Shown: one piece after another, positions 25,515 to 38,700 of the stretch
How the letters are laid out: every line of letters starts with the position of its first letter
How positions within the stretch are numbered: the stretch's first letter is position 1
NCBI RefSeq assembly: GCF_037042905.1
Contig: NC_087245.1
Location: forward strand, 18,850,001-18,914,000
Source of the DNA: Lytechinus pictus
Lineage: Eukaryota
Direction of reading: 5' to 3'
DNA: 64,000 bases
The notes under the pieces: model-generated
Told to the model about the DNA's origin: nothing
The model's database searches: none
Seen by the model: the letters and a program-made list of their open reading frames with translations, nothing else
Made by a program: the position numbers and the translations under genes

Positions 25515-27796
25515 CTTTGGAGGGGAAATGCAGTCAGACAGGGCACGTAACGCCAAGGGGATCAGCCGTGGAGTGTGGGGGTCGACACATCAAGACAACT
25601 GAAGAAAATAACTTAAGTGGTATCTGTCTTCCTTGATTGTCTGTTGGTAAATGATCGCAGGGGTTTCAACTGTTCTGGGAATACATCATACAATTGAGTT
25701 GAGACATATGGACACCAGATGTGAACTTTAAGAACTAGAGAACTGATTAAAGAGAAAAAATTAATATAGCCAACAGTAATATCAGATCATTCTTCCATTC
25801 GATGAGTATTGTAACAAAGACTATAAAGCATAAATCAAAAAAAAAAAAAAATTCCTCAACTGTAGAATGTAATGGGATATAAAAAGTGAATAATTATGTT
25901 TTTTAAAGACAAAAACATACACCTCAACAAAAAAAACATAAAACAGGAATATCATGATCATATACTACAATTTTTTTCAATTTATTTCAATTGTCTGTAT
26001 GATCATACTGAATGTTAGAGGCCTAGGAGAGATTTCAATTGAGACTAAATTAATCCCAGTTGTGATAGTTTGTTTTAAAGGCAGAATCTATTTTTATAAG
26101 GGCCAAGACAAACCTACAGACAGTAGAAGACGGCCAGATAGAATAAAAAAACAAACACTCGGTGATGAGTCTCCTCAAAATACCAAATTGTATAATGCAG
26201 GAAATAAAGATTGAAAAAATACTTATATCTAATTTTCAATGGATGATCATAAATCATTTTCTCAAGGCATTCTCAAAGACTTAGCACAGAACGTATTCTA
26301 CCTACTGAATTGACAAAGACTGAGTTTTATACAAGTTTGATAGAAGGCTGGCTTTTTAACAGACAAATGGACTGAAATGTTTCCATCGGTTGTCTGTTCA
26401 TTAGCCCTCTATTCACACACAACTCAATATATCTATGCAGTATACATCACTTCAGTCTATGTAAGAGGCAGCACCAATAGGTAATCAATGCTATTTGTAA
26501 TCATGTCATTACTTTACTTATCAACTAGCATTTATCAAAAAATATACAAAACTCTTATTTTTAGTTTCTCTTTCGAGATTCCTTGTCAAGAATTTACTCA
26601 CACTTTTTCCTTGATCTGACTATTCTAAATATATATGATCAGGTGGGCAGGATTTAATTTAATCTCCCATTCAAATTTCAAATCCTGTAATCCCACTGCT
26701 GAGGTTCACTACTATGAGGTCAGTAATTTTTAAAGGAAATCTGAGTGAAGCAGTGAGTAATAAAAATATTTTCAAATTTTCTTTAAAATCCTAGAAGTGA
26801 ATATTCTATCAAGATGACGACGCCTACGTAATCTCACGCATCGCGCTAAGAACATTGATATGATGACACCAGACAGCTTGAGTTCGACTACCTCTAGGCC
26901 AGTGACCTCTTCATCACCTGTTCTTCCCGTCTTCAAACCTCACTCAAAGAACTCTGTTGGATATGTAAATTCAATGCTTATTTCACCAAACACGACTTCA
27001 GTCTACACATCTTTGGCTTGCACTTTGGTGAACTTGACGAGACAGAGCTAAGAGGCAAAGACGAAGACACTCGAGGCTCCTTACAATTTGAAGCTCTTTA
27101 AAGTCCTTTTCTTGAACTTGATCTTGCACTGTGTTTCATTCATGTTATTATCTTCCTTATTCAGTTTATCAATCAATCGTAAGATGTTATCTCTCAATCT
27201 CTTATTTCCTTCAGTTTATACATGTCTTGCTTCTCATATCTTTTCTTCTCTTCTTATTTCAAATCATTGTCTTGTTTCTCAGTCAACGACTTCCTTGAAA
27301 TAGTCCCATTCCTTATTCTAACGTTCTATAGTACATTTCGATAAACCAACATGCACAAAAGTATACATAAATGCATCATGCTCTCTCCATCCCTCCAAAA
27401 TTTACATCAGCCCTGTCTTCTTCACACTTCAGAGCCAGTTGCCTAACATAGCAGCTACAATCCTGCTCCTCTCCTCATTTCATCATGAATTTATTAGGTT
27501 ATATTTGTTATAGTGGTAATCACCATGGTAACAGGACATAGCAATCAAAATCAACATTTGCAAGGTACATGTAGCTCATCGGTTCTTGGCTCTACTTTAT
27601 CATCAAACCTTTTCCCCTTCCATCTGCCTCCTCATGGCATGATAACCAACCAGGTTCAAAGCCCTCTCCCATCAAGAATGGTCAAACTATCATCCCCAGT
27701 CAAAGTCCCCTCGTCACATGTCACACCCCAACCCCACCCCGTTTCCAAGATAATCTGAGTTGTGCTTCTTTGAGTGAAAAGCCCTGCTCCCAATTT

Positions 27797-27935
27797 GGTG
27801 CTGTGGCCAAGTGGTCTAAGCAGCCGAACTACTATACACATGAAAGTCCGGGGTTCGATCTCTGGCAACGACCCTTTTGCCTGTGAGCAAGGCACTTGAT
27901 CAACAATGCTCTTTTATCCTGCATTCAAATAAATG
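27797..27935 (+). mobile_element. tRNA-derived SINE
   Basis: A-box TGGCCAAGTGG (27804), B-box GGTTCGATCTC (27852), then the SINE-core-like TGAGCAAGGCACTT; no intact cloverleaf. Confidence 0.75.
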
Positions 27936-30900
27936 AAAATTCTATGCATGCTTGGAACTTCTATGTGTGCACCTGTTTTTTTAATTTAAATTGTTTATTC
28001 CCCCTCTTCTGTTTTTTTTTTACCATTGTCTGTTCCCCCTCTCTTATCATTTTTTAAAATCTCTTCTCTATCCTGTTTGTCTCTCATCTTCTCCCCCATT
28101 CTCCTATCTCATCCCTTGATATTCCCTCAATCTCTTATTGACTGCCTTATCTCTGCACTCCTATCCACTCTTATCCTGATTCATCTCTAACCTTCCCTTC
28201 TCTTTCTTTCCTTAATCCCTTTTCTTAATCAATCCTCTTTTATTTACCCTTCCTCCATTACTCCTGTCACCCCTCCCTCCCTTATTACCCTGGGCTACAC
28301 ATCTCGCTCACACCAAGACTAGGTCAACTGGAAACACATATAACATATTACTCGCAAGACAAGGCATGAGTGAATATTACATTCATGTTTAAGAAATGAG
28401 CACTGGATGTAGCTCCAGCGTCACTGCCCTCATTAGGCCAAGCAAGGGATCAATCATGCTTGCCATTCTACCCATGTACTCACTCCTCCCATTACTGTAA
28501 ATGATTAAAGATCGGACCATTAAAGATGCTTTACTTCTGTCAGAACATGAATGTTTCACGAGTCCAGACTGGAAAAAGATGAATTCTTGTTGAATCAATG
28601 GGATGAATGAACATTCTATGAATGGAGTGCATGAATGGAGACATGTAATCAATTCCCAGGGACTTCAAATAATGCTGTGGATAAAAAGAAATAGCCTTGT
28701 TAGTCTCATATCAAATGAGCTTAAATAATCCCTTTTTAAACTAACTTTTCAAGTTTTTTTTTAAAAGGTGGATTCTGAAGGTGAGTTGGCCTGGGTATTA
28801 CAATATACATCTGATTTAAAACTAATTCTGTCTCATCAAATTACTTATGCATCTGCAGATAAGCAATGCGAACAATAGGAAAAGTGCCAAGAGATGAAAT
28901 TAAAATGAAGGCCTACATTTATCCCACAAAAATGATAACTGAATTATCAAATGTTCCATATTCCAAGAGTGCATCTTTGCATCACCATCATCCAGCAATC
29001 CACAGACAGTGCCTGTAGAGCACAGCTTTTGGAGGAGTAATGCTTCTTTCTTATGAATGGAGAAATGCGGTTAGCATCTCATGGCGAGTTGCCAAGCTTC
29101 AGACAATTTATACCATCTACTGGCCGGCCGGCGGCGGGACATTCCTACACCAATCAATAACATTGCAATAAATTGGATAGACTGCGGCAGAGAGCACACA
29201 GAACCTCGCCATGCCGTGTATCTCATATCTCGTCTAGCTCTACGAAGCCTTCCGTACACAGCGTCATCGTCGTAGAGCTCATTTGTAATGTATGCATACT
29301 CCCCGGCACGCTACGTACACACGGTGTTCAACATATACGCTCCCCGGGTAGACAAAGTCTGCAAGCAAGCAGGCATCTTTCAATATTAACATGAAATGGA
29401 TATTTTGCCTTGCTTCAAGAGAGCAGGCTGTATCAAACGTATTCTATCCTCATTTTGCCACCTTATCTATCTAAATCATAAATAAAATTTCAATGCCAAG
29501 ATATTGTGCCAAGTGTTTTTCAAATTTAGCCAATTCAAGTTAAATTTCTAATAATTTAAGTGTATAAAAGTTATTTAAATTAATCTTTTCATTAACAGGA
29601 AACATCCCCTCCCCGCAATATGTTTTCCAATCTGTTGTTTTTTCTTTTGATAAGAATCAAATTAGAAAAGATTTTCATTGATGTACATGTAGTCTTGCAA
29701 GCTTTATATTCTCTTGTTCTCTTTCATATAAAAATTCATTTTGCCTTGGCATAAGGCTAATGGGACTTTCATGAATGATTAAATGTATAGCTTGCATACT
29801 TGGATGAGACAAGCATACGAGGCAAACAGACAAATAAACGCACATGGAAAAATACACACATGGAAATATACACACTGAGAAATTGACATGCCGAAGGCAC
29901 CATTCTGTACCCACTCCCAGGTAAGCCTGATATACCAGGCATGTACTGGATGGGCAAACAGTGAAGGCTTTCGGTATTAATGCAAACAAGCATATGATTA
30001 CACAGAAACAGCGGCAATGAGAACATGCTCTCAAGATTAGAAGGAGGGTTATATCATTGAAGGGAATCATTGGCAAATATTTTCTTGTCCTCCCTGCATG
30101 TTACCCTACACTTAATAAACGACGTCAACAAGATGTGAGGGAAGACCAGGTATACACGGGTCCAGAGGTAGGGATGGGAGAATGATAGGATTGGCAGATT
30201 TACGAATGCTGTATCAGTGAGAGAGCCTTGAGAAAAAAGGTGTGTGCCAGTTCACATCTACTAAGTATTAATGCTCTTTAGAGTTTATCAAATCCATGTA
30301 TGATTTTAAAAAGTGGGAGGGGTTAAAGAAAAAAGACACAACAGAGAGATTTGGGAGTGAAAATAATACTAACAATAATGCAGCACTGACAGAGAAGATA
30401 AAAGATGACCATGAAAGCACAAGAGAGAGTCAGGAGCAGTAAAAGAATAAAGAAAAGAAAGAGATAAAGGGAAAGAGAAAGAGGAAGAGAAACACACAGA
30501 CGAACAAAGAGTATGTTCGTGATCATCCAAGAAATATTAACACGCAACCATGCAACAGTTGCTTACTGTTTCAGGCTATCCGTGCACAATTTGCCCCTAA
30601 TTGCACTCTTACAAAATTGTATTAGGAATAATTTATTCCTGGGTTTCTAAGAAAGAGGTTAACAGACCTGTATGTGTCATATGACCCGGGGTGGGGGGGG
30701 GGGGGCAAGGAAATCCCGGCAATGGCAAAGACCAATGGGTATAAAGGTAACTACTATTAGAAATAAAAATTCACTTGTTTTTCACAGGGCACTGAACGAC
30801 TTGAATTGGTTTACCTGGCCAACCCAAATGAGCAAAGACAGAGGGAGAGTGACGAAGAGACCTACGGAAAATTAAATTGTAAGTGATTCTTCTAGCTTTT

Positions 30901-30949
30901 CGCTTCTATGGCCCTGGTGACACCAATTTTATCATAAATGTTGTTGTCA

Positions 30950-31085
30950 ACACCACCACCATCATCATCATCATCACCATCATCGACATTGTCAACATCA
31001 TCATCATCATCATCATCATCATCATTGTCATCATCATCATCATCACCACATCATCATTATCACCCCAACCACCACTATCATCATA
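30950..31085. repeat. (CAT/CAC)n trinucleotide microsatellite
   Basis: Imperfect CAT repeat that produces spurious poly-I and poly-S ORFs. Confidence 0.95.
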
Positions 31086-34000
31086 ACAACCAAAACAAGA
31101 TCTTACACAAACTCAAATCAAGCCAATAGAACATTGGATAACATGAAAGACGATCATAACCTGCAGTGACAAATAATAGTAGAGACATCCGATGGGTTAA
31201 TGAGATGGACACCATACTCCCACACCTCTATTCATTTAAGACCTTGGACACACCTTCCATCGTTCAATGGATGATTGGAGATGTTCATCATTATATTAAC
31301 AATGTCTACATGTCCTCCATGTATATAAACAACATTTCAAAAAAGAAAACAATCCGTATCTGTCCTTCCACAGTCCATGGATACGAGCCACTTACCTCTG
31401 TCATCCATGAAAGGCCGTTATGACATTCATTCGTAATTTGATGGTAATTTTGATCAAGCTAACCTTTACTCTATTCACATGTAATCACCCACCCCCTGAG
31501 GCTGAACTGAATGTTTGAAATGGTAAGAATTTTGCATGACTTTATATCACCATGACCCCATTCCTACAGGCCTGAAAAGTCTCTGCAATATAGCACTCAT
31601 GAATTACTGGATTTGATGAATCCGGGGAGAAACATCGATTTACAACATAAAATAAAATTGATCTCTATTTTCAAGGCTCACTTGAAGATTTCTTTACATT
31701 ATCATTTCATTCTTAATCGTATCCTTGTAAAAAAATGATTTAATTAAGTAAGACCTTGTAAAGAAAAGCAAGTCATAGAGCATGTCAGATAAACAGATCT
31801 AATACAGACAAGAGGCTCTAGAAGGTATACACGATCCATACATATATTTATTGATGAAGTAGTACTAACGATGCAATCCCCTTTTCCTTCTTTTCTCCCA
31901 ACTATGCCGCAGCCAGTCATCGCTCTGAAACATTTCACACCCACGTCGGCTAAGAATAGCCCCGCTGATTATTTGCCAACATGAGTTTGAATCAGTCTCA
32001 ACTTGGCAAGTGACCAGAAGACGGGCGGGCAAGCGAGTGTTGACGGAGTGCAGCTCCATTTGCTTTCAACACCCTTTAAAAGCAAAGACAACCATACCCA
32101 TTCAAAGATACCCTCGTTAAATCAACTGCGTGGAATTTTCAAAAGAAGAAAATCAAATTCTGTAGCCCGCTCTATAAATCACCTAAAAAAAAAACATGTC
32201 AGAAATAAGATGCATCAGGGTATTAATACCCCCCCCCCCCACTGCCATGTCTAACAATTCCTTCTGGTACTATCTCAATTCAAATATTACGCAAACATTT
32301 GATGTGGGTGAAACAAGCGAATGAGCCGATAACAGCCATACGTGTTTTTTTCAGCAATCACTCAAAGGTAACGATCCAGATGACTGCCTTTCGACCTTGG
32401 TAAAATTGCAGAGCTTAAGCTGACAATCATTTAACCAGTAATTAAAGAGAGGTATTAACGAACAGCTTTTGACTGATGTCAATCTAATATCCTCTTTCTC
32501 TCTCCCACATCCCATCTCTGTGTTCTATGTCTTCCCATCATCTCTCATAGATCTGTGATGCAATTAAGGCACCAAATTAAAAATCTACCGTAGCAAGACT
32601 CTAGTTAAAGATGCATCTGTTTCTTTTGATATATTTATCATTTTATCTCTTTATCATTTTAGCACTGTTCATTCAAAATCATCTTTCATATCATAACCAT
32701 CAGTAATCGTTGAAGTTATTTGCAATTTACAGCTTGGGATTTGTTTTACAATGCAGAATTTGAATTGCCCTCACTGCCTATGTTTTGGGGTTATATTATC
32801 TTTATTCATTTCTGCTAATTTCTAATTACTTCCTATCTCCATAATCCCCTTCAATTTTGTTATATGACAATTAACAGCAGCAATTTAACTCTTTACTGAT
32901 TTAATCATTTTCATTTTCCAAATCATTATGGTGCTACCCCATTTTAGCATTTTTACATGTCACACAGATAGCTGGAGAAATTCTTATTGGAGAACCTCAT
33001 GAACGACTGATGAGGGCACATCTTTTATCTTTACTCGCAATCTTTGGCCCAAAAGCCATTTGAGCATGCCTGGGATATTCCATTTTAAACCTGAACTTCA
33101 ATCATCATTTCAATAACCGAACAAAGATAACAGATAGAAGAAATGAATTGTTTGTGCTAATAATAAGTCTTCAAACTCTGCCTAACCTGAAATTCCTGAA
33201 TGGTCACTTGAAAACGGCAAGGAAAGGCATCCAGAAATAGCCGAAAACAGACTAAAAACTGAAAGGCGCCTCGTAGAGCATGACGTCCATAGGAAAGAAG
33301 ATAGTAACTACGCGGGGGCGTTCAGATTAAGCCTTGTCCAGCTGGGGTGTATTTTAAAACTTCCACATGCCTAAATTTAGAGAGACCCGTATCGCTGACA
33401 GATCGGTGTGTATGTGGCAAACTCCTGGGAATACAGGTACCCTAAAACTACTTCCTGTAAGCTTCACCTAGGTTGTCTTCCAAGTATAGTAGCAGTCCTG
33501 GATGATGTGGTCTTTGAACATGCCATTGACAAGCAGTAAGCAAAGTTAAAGTAAGATGCTACACTACAGAGTAACAATCACATTATCAATTACTACAGGG
33601 CATATATTAATTATTAAACACAAGGAAGCTATTGTGATTTTTTTTTCTATTGTCTTTTTCAATTGCTGCACATTCAATAGACAATTACAATTACAAATAG
33701 TGTTTAAAGAGAACATGAATTTGTGCAAAAAATAGAAGTATTTTGTGAGCTGTAAAACTCTTTCCATGATAATGAGGGAGCTACTGCAACAAATTTTGCT
33801 CACCAAATTACCTGATAGTCACAAAATAAGAAGCAACAGCCAAAATGGTTGAACTAATCATCGGTGTGCAGTCCCATCCATGCATTTTTCAGTGCAATGC
33901 ATGGCACCCGTTGCAAATTAAAAATATATTTATTCTCATAACTTTATCATAATGCCTTATAGATAATGCCAGTCCTTAGGTGTATCATACACAACCTGTC

Positions 34001-34317
34001 ACAATCACTCGAGACAAGTTTTTCAACTGCTCGAAATAGGGACCAGAACAAACTTTCTTCCTTTAAACCTTAGCAGATGGATGCTGAAGAATCAAGATCA
34101 TTACCGTTAATGGCCTTGCACACAATCTCGCAGAGCGAGCCATACAACACATCCATGGACAAAAGGTCTAGCCACCGGTATCCAAAATGTCAGCTCTGAT
34201 CTATCCCACAATGCACTGCATGACATCAATTAGGAATGGCCAAACAATTGGTCTGATAAGAACTCGACTAAACCCATTTATCAAAGTCACTGGACGCTGT
34301 TGGTCATTTATACTTAC

Positions 34318-34459
34318 ATTCTTTGGACATTCCAACTTCGAAACACTTCTTGAGTCGGCAGTGTTGGCAGCGATTCCGTGTGACTTTGTTGATGATGCAC
34401 TTTTGGTCGCGGTGGCATGTGTATTGCATGTTCTTCTGCACGCTCCGTCGGAAGAAACC
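34318..34459 (-). CDS. RAR: RAR exon: second zinc finger
   Basis: [47 protein letters not shown]; 142 nt; tggcag|GGT ... GAA T|gtaagt. Confidence 0.97.
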
Positions 34460-35084
34460 CTGCCATTGAGACAATACAATATATAAACCCATTGAACGTG
34501 ATTTGATTTCAGCATAACGAGCGTTTTCCATACACCCTAACCCATGTTAACTTAAACAGACATCTCAATGTAATGAACACCAAACGAAGATGACAAGATA
34601 TTTAATGTGAGAAATCTGCAGGAAGTCAAATCTATTCTGGCATCACTCACCAAGATTTCATTCATTATAAAGTTCCCGAAGGACAACAATATAGTGTAGG
34701 TTTAGTTTGTATATAATGGCAAAAATCTAAGATTCCATTAACTATTAATATCATTCAGAATGGAGAATTGGTTCCATATTCTGTAATTTAGGAAGTTGTT
34801 TGTAAAAAAAATATGCAAAAATCAATGTCATCTTTAAAAACAACTTGAATACTATGAGCCAAATGTCATATTGTTGATAAGCTCTACCTCATTACACTAT
34901 CCAAAAATTATTTTGTAGTTTAATTACAGGATGCAAGGGTCCCATTGCAAAGACTATTATTGTAGCTTTGTCATCATGGTAATTACCACGGTAACAGTTC
35001 TCAGCAGCCAATTTTACATCATGGTTTCCATGGTAGTTACCATAACATAATGGTAAAGTTACATTACTAGTAAGTTTTGCGTTA

Positions 35085-35378
<294 letters not shown>

Positions 35379-35701
35379 TTATAAGAACCTAATTCATAGC
35401 ACAGTACAAATGTTTATCCCTTATTTGCATTGGAATAACAAAAAAAAAGGGGGGGGGGTAAATCACACATCTTTGTTGACCTGTATTACTTTTGTATAAA
35501 TAACTTGGCAGCATTGCCGTTGTAGATTAAGATATTTTAGCAATTTTTTATGCTAAAATATTCTAAATGAAAGACAATCATCAATGAAATTATAAACTGA
35601 AGTTATTGACTGAATATCTCTAAAATGACGTCAATTTTAAAGGTCACCTGATATCTAAAACCCTCGCTTTTCGATTCACATGACATGAAGCTGGTATTCC
35701 A

Positions 35702-35715
35702 GGTTCAAAGGGTCA
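35702..35715 (+). promoter_or_regulatory. Candidate DR2 retinoic acid response element
   Basis: GGTTCA-AA-GGGTCA, a perfect match to RGKTCA-n2-RGKTCA, about 375 bp upstream of the first zinc-finger exon. Confidence 0.4.
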
Positions 35716-38700
35716 AGAAATGTGTAAACTAAAATAGGGGTTGAATTATATATTTTGTGGTTAACATTGAAAACAATTCAAGCTCACTCAACTCCCAGGC
35801 AAGCTAAAGAACAATTTCAAAATCATTCCTCAGTTGATGTACACGTGGTTAACTCATGCACAACACAAGATGATTTCTTGATAACTAATTTTTTACACAA
35901 AATGTAAGAACATAAAATATGATTCTAAGTATTATTAACAATTCATAGCCATGTGAAGGGTCCTTGTTGAAGAACATTCCTTTTTCTGATGTGCTTTTCC
36001 CAGAATACCACAACAAATAAAATGTTTATCATACCAGCAGCAATGTGTTATGATTTAAAAGTGAACTACTTTGTTTCTTAGCTTTATTATTTCAAACCTA
36101 CTGTCAATATTTTCCTGGTATGCTGTTTATTTCTTCTGTGATATTAACAACTACAATAAAAAATTGTAGGTTGGAAGAATTGGAGTTCTCTTCGGAAAGA
36201 TCATGCATTCAAAAGTTTAATAGTGTATTCAATAAGGTATTATTACTCAGTGCTGTTTTGTTTTGTTATCTTATCAATATTTGATTAAAAACAAGGAACG
36301 GGGATGTTCCACAAATATTTAAGTATGATTTCAAATGGCACTTCAATTCTCAATTGTGTGTGGTATATAACATATCTCCGCTTTGATCAGATCATGCTAA
36401 TTGAATGCGCTCTACATATCAGACTGCAGCATACATTATTTTCATTGAGATTCTCATTAAAGATCATGTGCTCACTATATTGGCACTTATACAATAATTT
36501 CATTCATTGTTATTGTTAATGAATCAACTGGTCTAGCTCATAATATCTGCCATCAATTGAGTCACAATGTTGCAATTTACAGATATTTAAAAAAAAGATG
36601 AAACTTTGAAAGTCAGCACAACTCAAAATGAAATGAGCAGTAATACAACTTGTCATGGCAGAAGCATTGATTTCTACAGACAAGACAATAGCAAAAGGGA
36701 TTCTTGTCACATCAGAAAAATATGCTCAGACCTTAGATGACGATGGCCGATAGGTGAAAGGGTTACTTGATGCTTATTTGGGGGCATCCTATTGTTTCCC
36801 CGATCAACACATGATCACAAATTTATCCCACATATTTCATGTATCCCCTGCTCAATAAAGAGTTGAAAAGTTGAATCAGATAAAACAAAATCAGGGTGTT
36901 GATGTCATGACTCACATGAGCTCTCAAAACCGAAGCAGGCATCAAGCCATCGTCATCAAAACAGACAACAATTTCATTTCTAGCAATATCTACCCATGAT
37001 CCCTGCCCCTGATCTGTTAATGAACAAATTAGTTTCCATCTATTAATAGTCTGTAAGTGGACAATATTTCTAATAAAATTCTGTCAAATAAAAAAAAAGG
37101 GGAAACATCCGGTGAATACTCAGGGCACTGATAGAGCTAGCGACCTTTTAGTGAAACCGATGTTAATTTACCCTTTTCTCTTAAAAACATCGTACAAATA
37201 TGGCTTATCTAAATAGGTGACATTAGCCTCTTGAATGGTTCTTTTAGCGGCAAATATCCTGGATCACGCTGACAAACTGCAGTTCCATTTTCAGATCTTA
37301 GGCGCCTGAATTCCAAAAGGAGTGCTCAAAACTAGACATCATGTCTACATCTCTACCAAGCCTTTACAAGAAAGTCCTTATCAGAGGTTGGGATGGGAGG
37401 CAGGCTCTTGGGAACACTTTCGCTCCCCTAACCCCTGCATAAAAAACTGGTCCCTTTCCTCCATGACGCTTTGCAACTATAATACACCCCTTATTGGGGA
37501 GAAGAGACGCATGGGATGGATACGCATGGGATGGATACGGCAGTCAGAACAACATTATGGATATGTTTTCTAATCTATCCAAGGAGATACCTTTTATGGA
37601 ATACTTTTTTTCCATTTGCAGGGGAAGTCCTTTCTTTGTTCTCCCACAGGTGGGATAAAAATGATTGTTCTTTTCCTCTAGTTCCCCATTAGACCCTGTG
37701 AATAATACAAGATATGAGCTCATGTTGGAGGCATTTCATCAACAAGGTAGGAAACCAGATATGAAATCAACATTTTTTATCGAGATCTTCTCCAAGTATA
37801 ACTGGTAAACTGTTCTTGAACTTCATTCATCATAAGCTGCATAGCGTCTCAACGGTGTCGTAAAAGATGCAGGTTTCCGCGCTCCCTTTTCTTAGGCTCC
37901 ACACACCCTGGCATAAAAATAAAAGAAACAACCAAGGGAAATACACTCTGTTTGCTTTGGAAATAGATTGCAACAATTTGATAAATCATGGCGCGATCTA
38001 CAGCGTAGCTTTCCCATGTCTCATTCTAATTCTGCATACTCCCAAGGGCAAGCTAAAATACCTGCCCTCTTCCCTCCCGCCCCGCTTCACTTGCCCTTTA
38101 TATGCTAATTCATACCTCCAGGATTAAAAAGCTGCCCGTAAATAATAAGAAATTGTTCAGGTCTCTAAATATTCAATAGTCCTCTAAATACTCGATACTT
38201 CCTGGACAGTGTTATTTTCATAGTAATGAGCATAGAACAACCCTGAGTATTCTTAAGCTAAGGATAAGCACTCTCGCTCTCACATTAAAAATATTCCAAC
38301 AACCTTAGAAAAAATACCTGCAGAGGTTCTTGTAATTTTGAAAAGTCTCTACTACTTTGCTGTTTTTTTTTCCAGGGATATCAAGATATTTTTCTTTCTT
38401 TCACACCTGCATAACAGCAGGTAATCATTCTGACCAGGCTGGTGTGAAAGTCCCTATTTATTCACTCCTTAGAAACTAACACCTCAGCGAAATATGAATT
38501 ACATCTTCAACAGCTGAAGGACAGATGGATCTGAAGATGACCCCAAAAGATGTATCTTGTTACTTTCTTAAAACACTCAAGGAAAGGTGTGAAAAGCTGC
38601 AATCTGCATCGTATTATCCCGTTTACGTGAAGAAGCATCTTTTCCTGAGGAGCGGTCAACTCTATTAGCTATTTTCAAACCATTACAATGAGTTTGATGG

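Noticed and set aside
25534..25536. In-frame TGA read as selenocysteine or readthrough in the 264-nt exon form
   Set aside because: No SECIS identified; more simply explained as part of the CTGAC branch point.
25353..25556. 67-aa minus-strand ORF in the track (MALRALSD...)
   Set aside because: TTG start, out of frame with RAR, no recognisable domain; the overlapping RAR-phase frame is the better candidate.
27797..27870. Possible tRNA gene
   Set aside because: Has A and B boxes but no consistent anticodon or acceptor stems, and continues into a SINE core.
30883..31129. Poly-Ile and poly-Ser/His ORFs
   Set aside because: Products of the (CAT)n microsatellite.
37508..37540. 15-bp tandem duplication ACGCATGGGATGGAT x2
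   Set aside because: Simple slippage duplication with no further structure.
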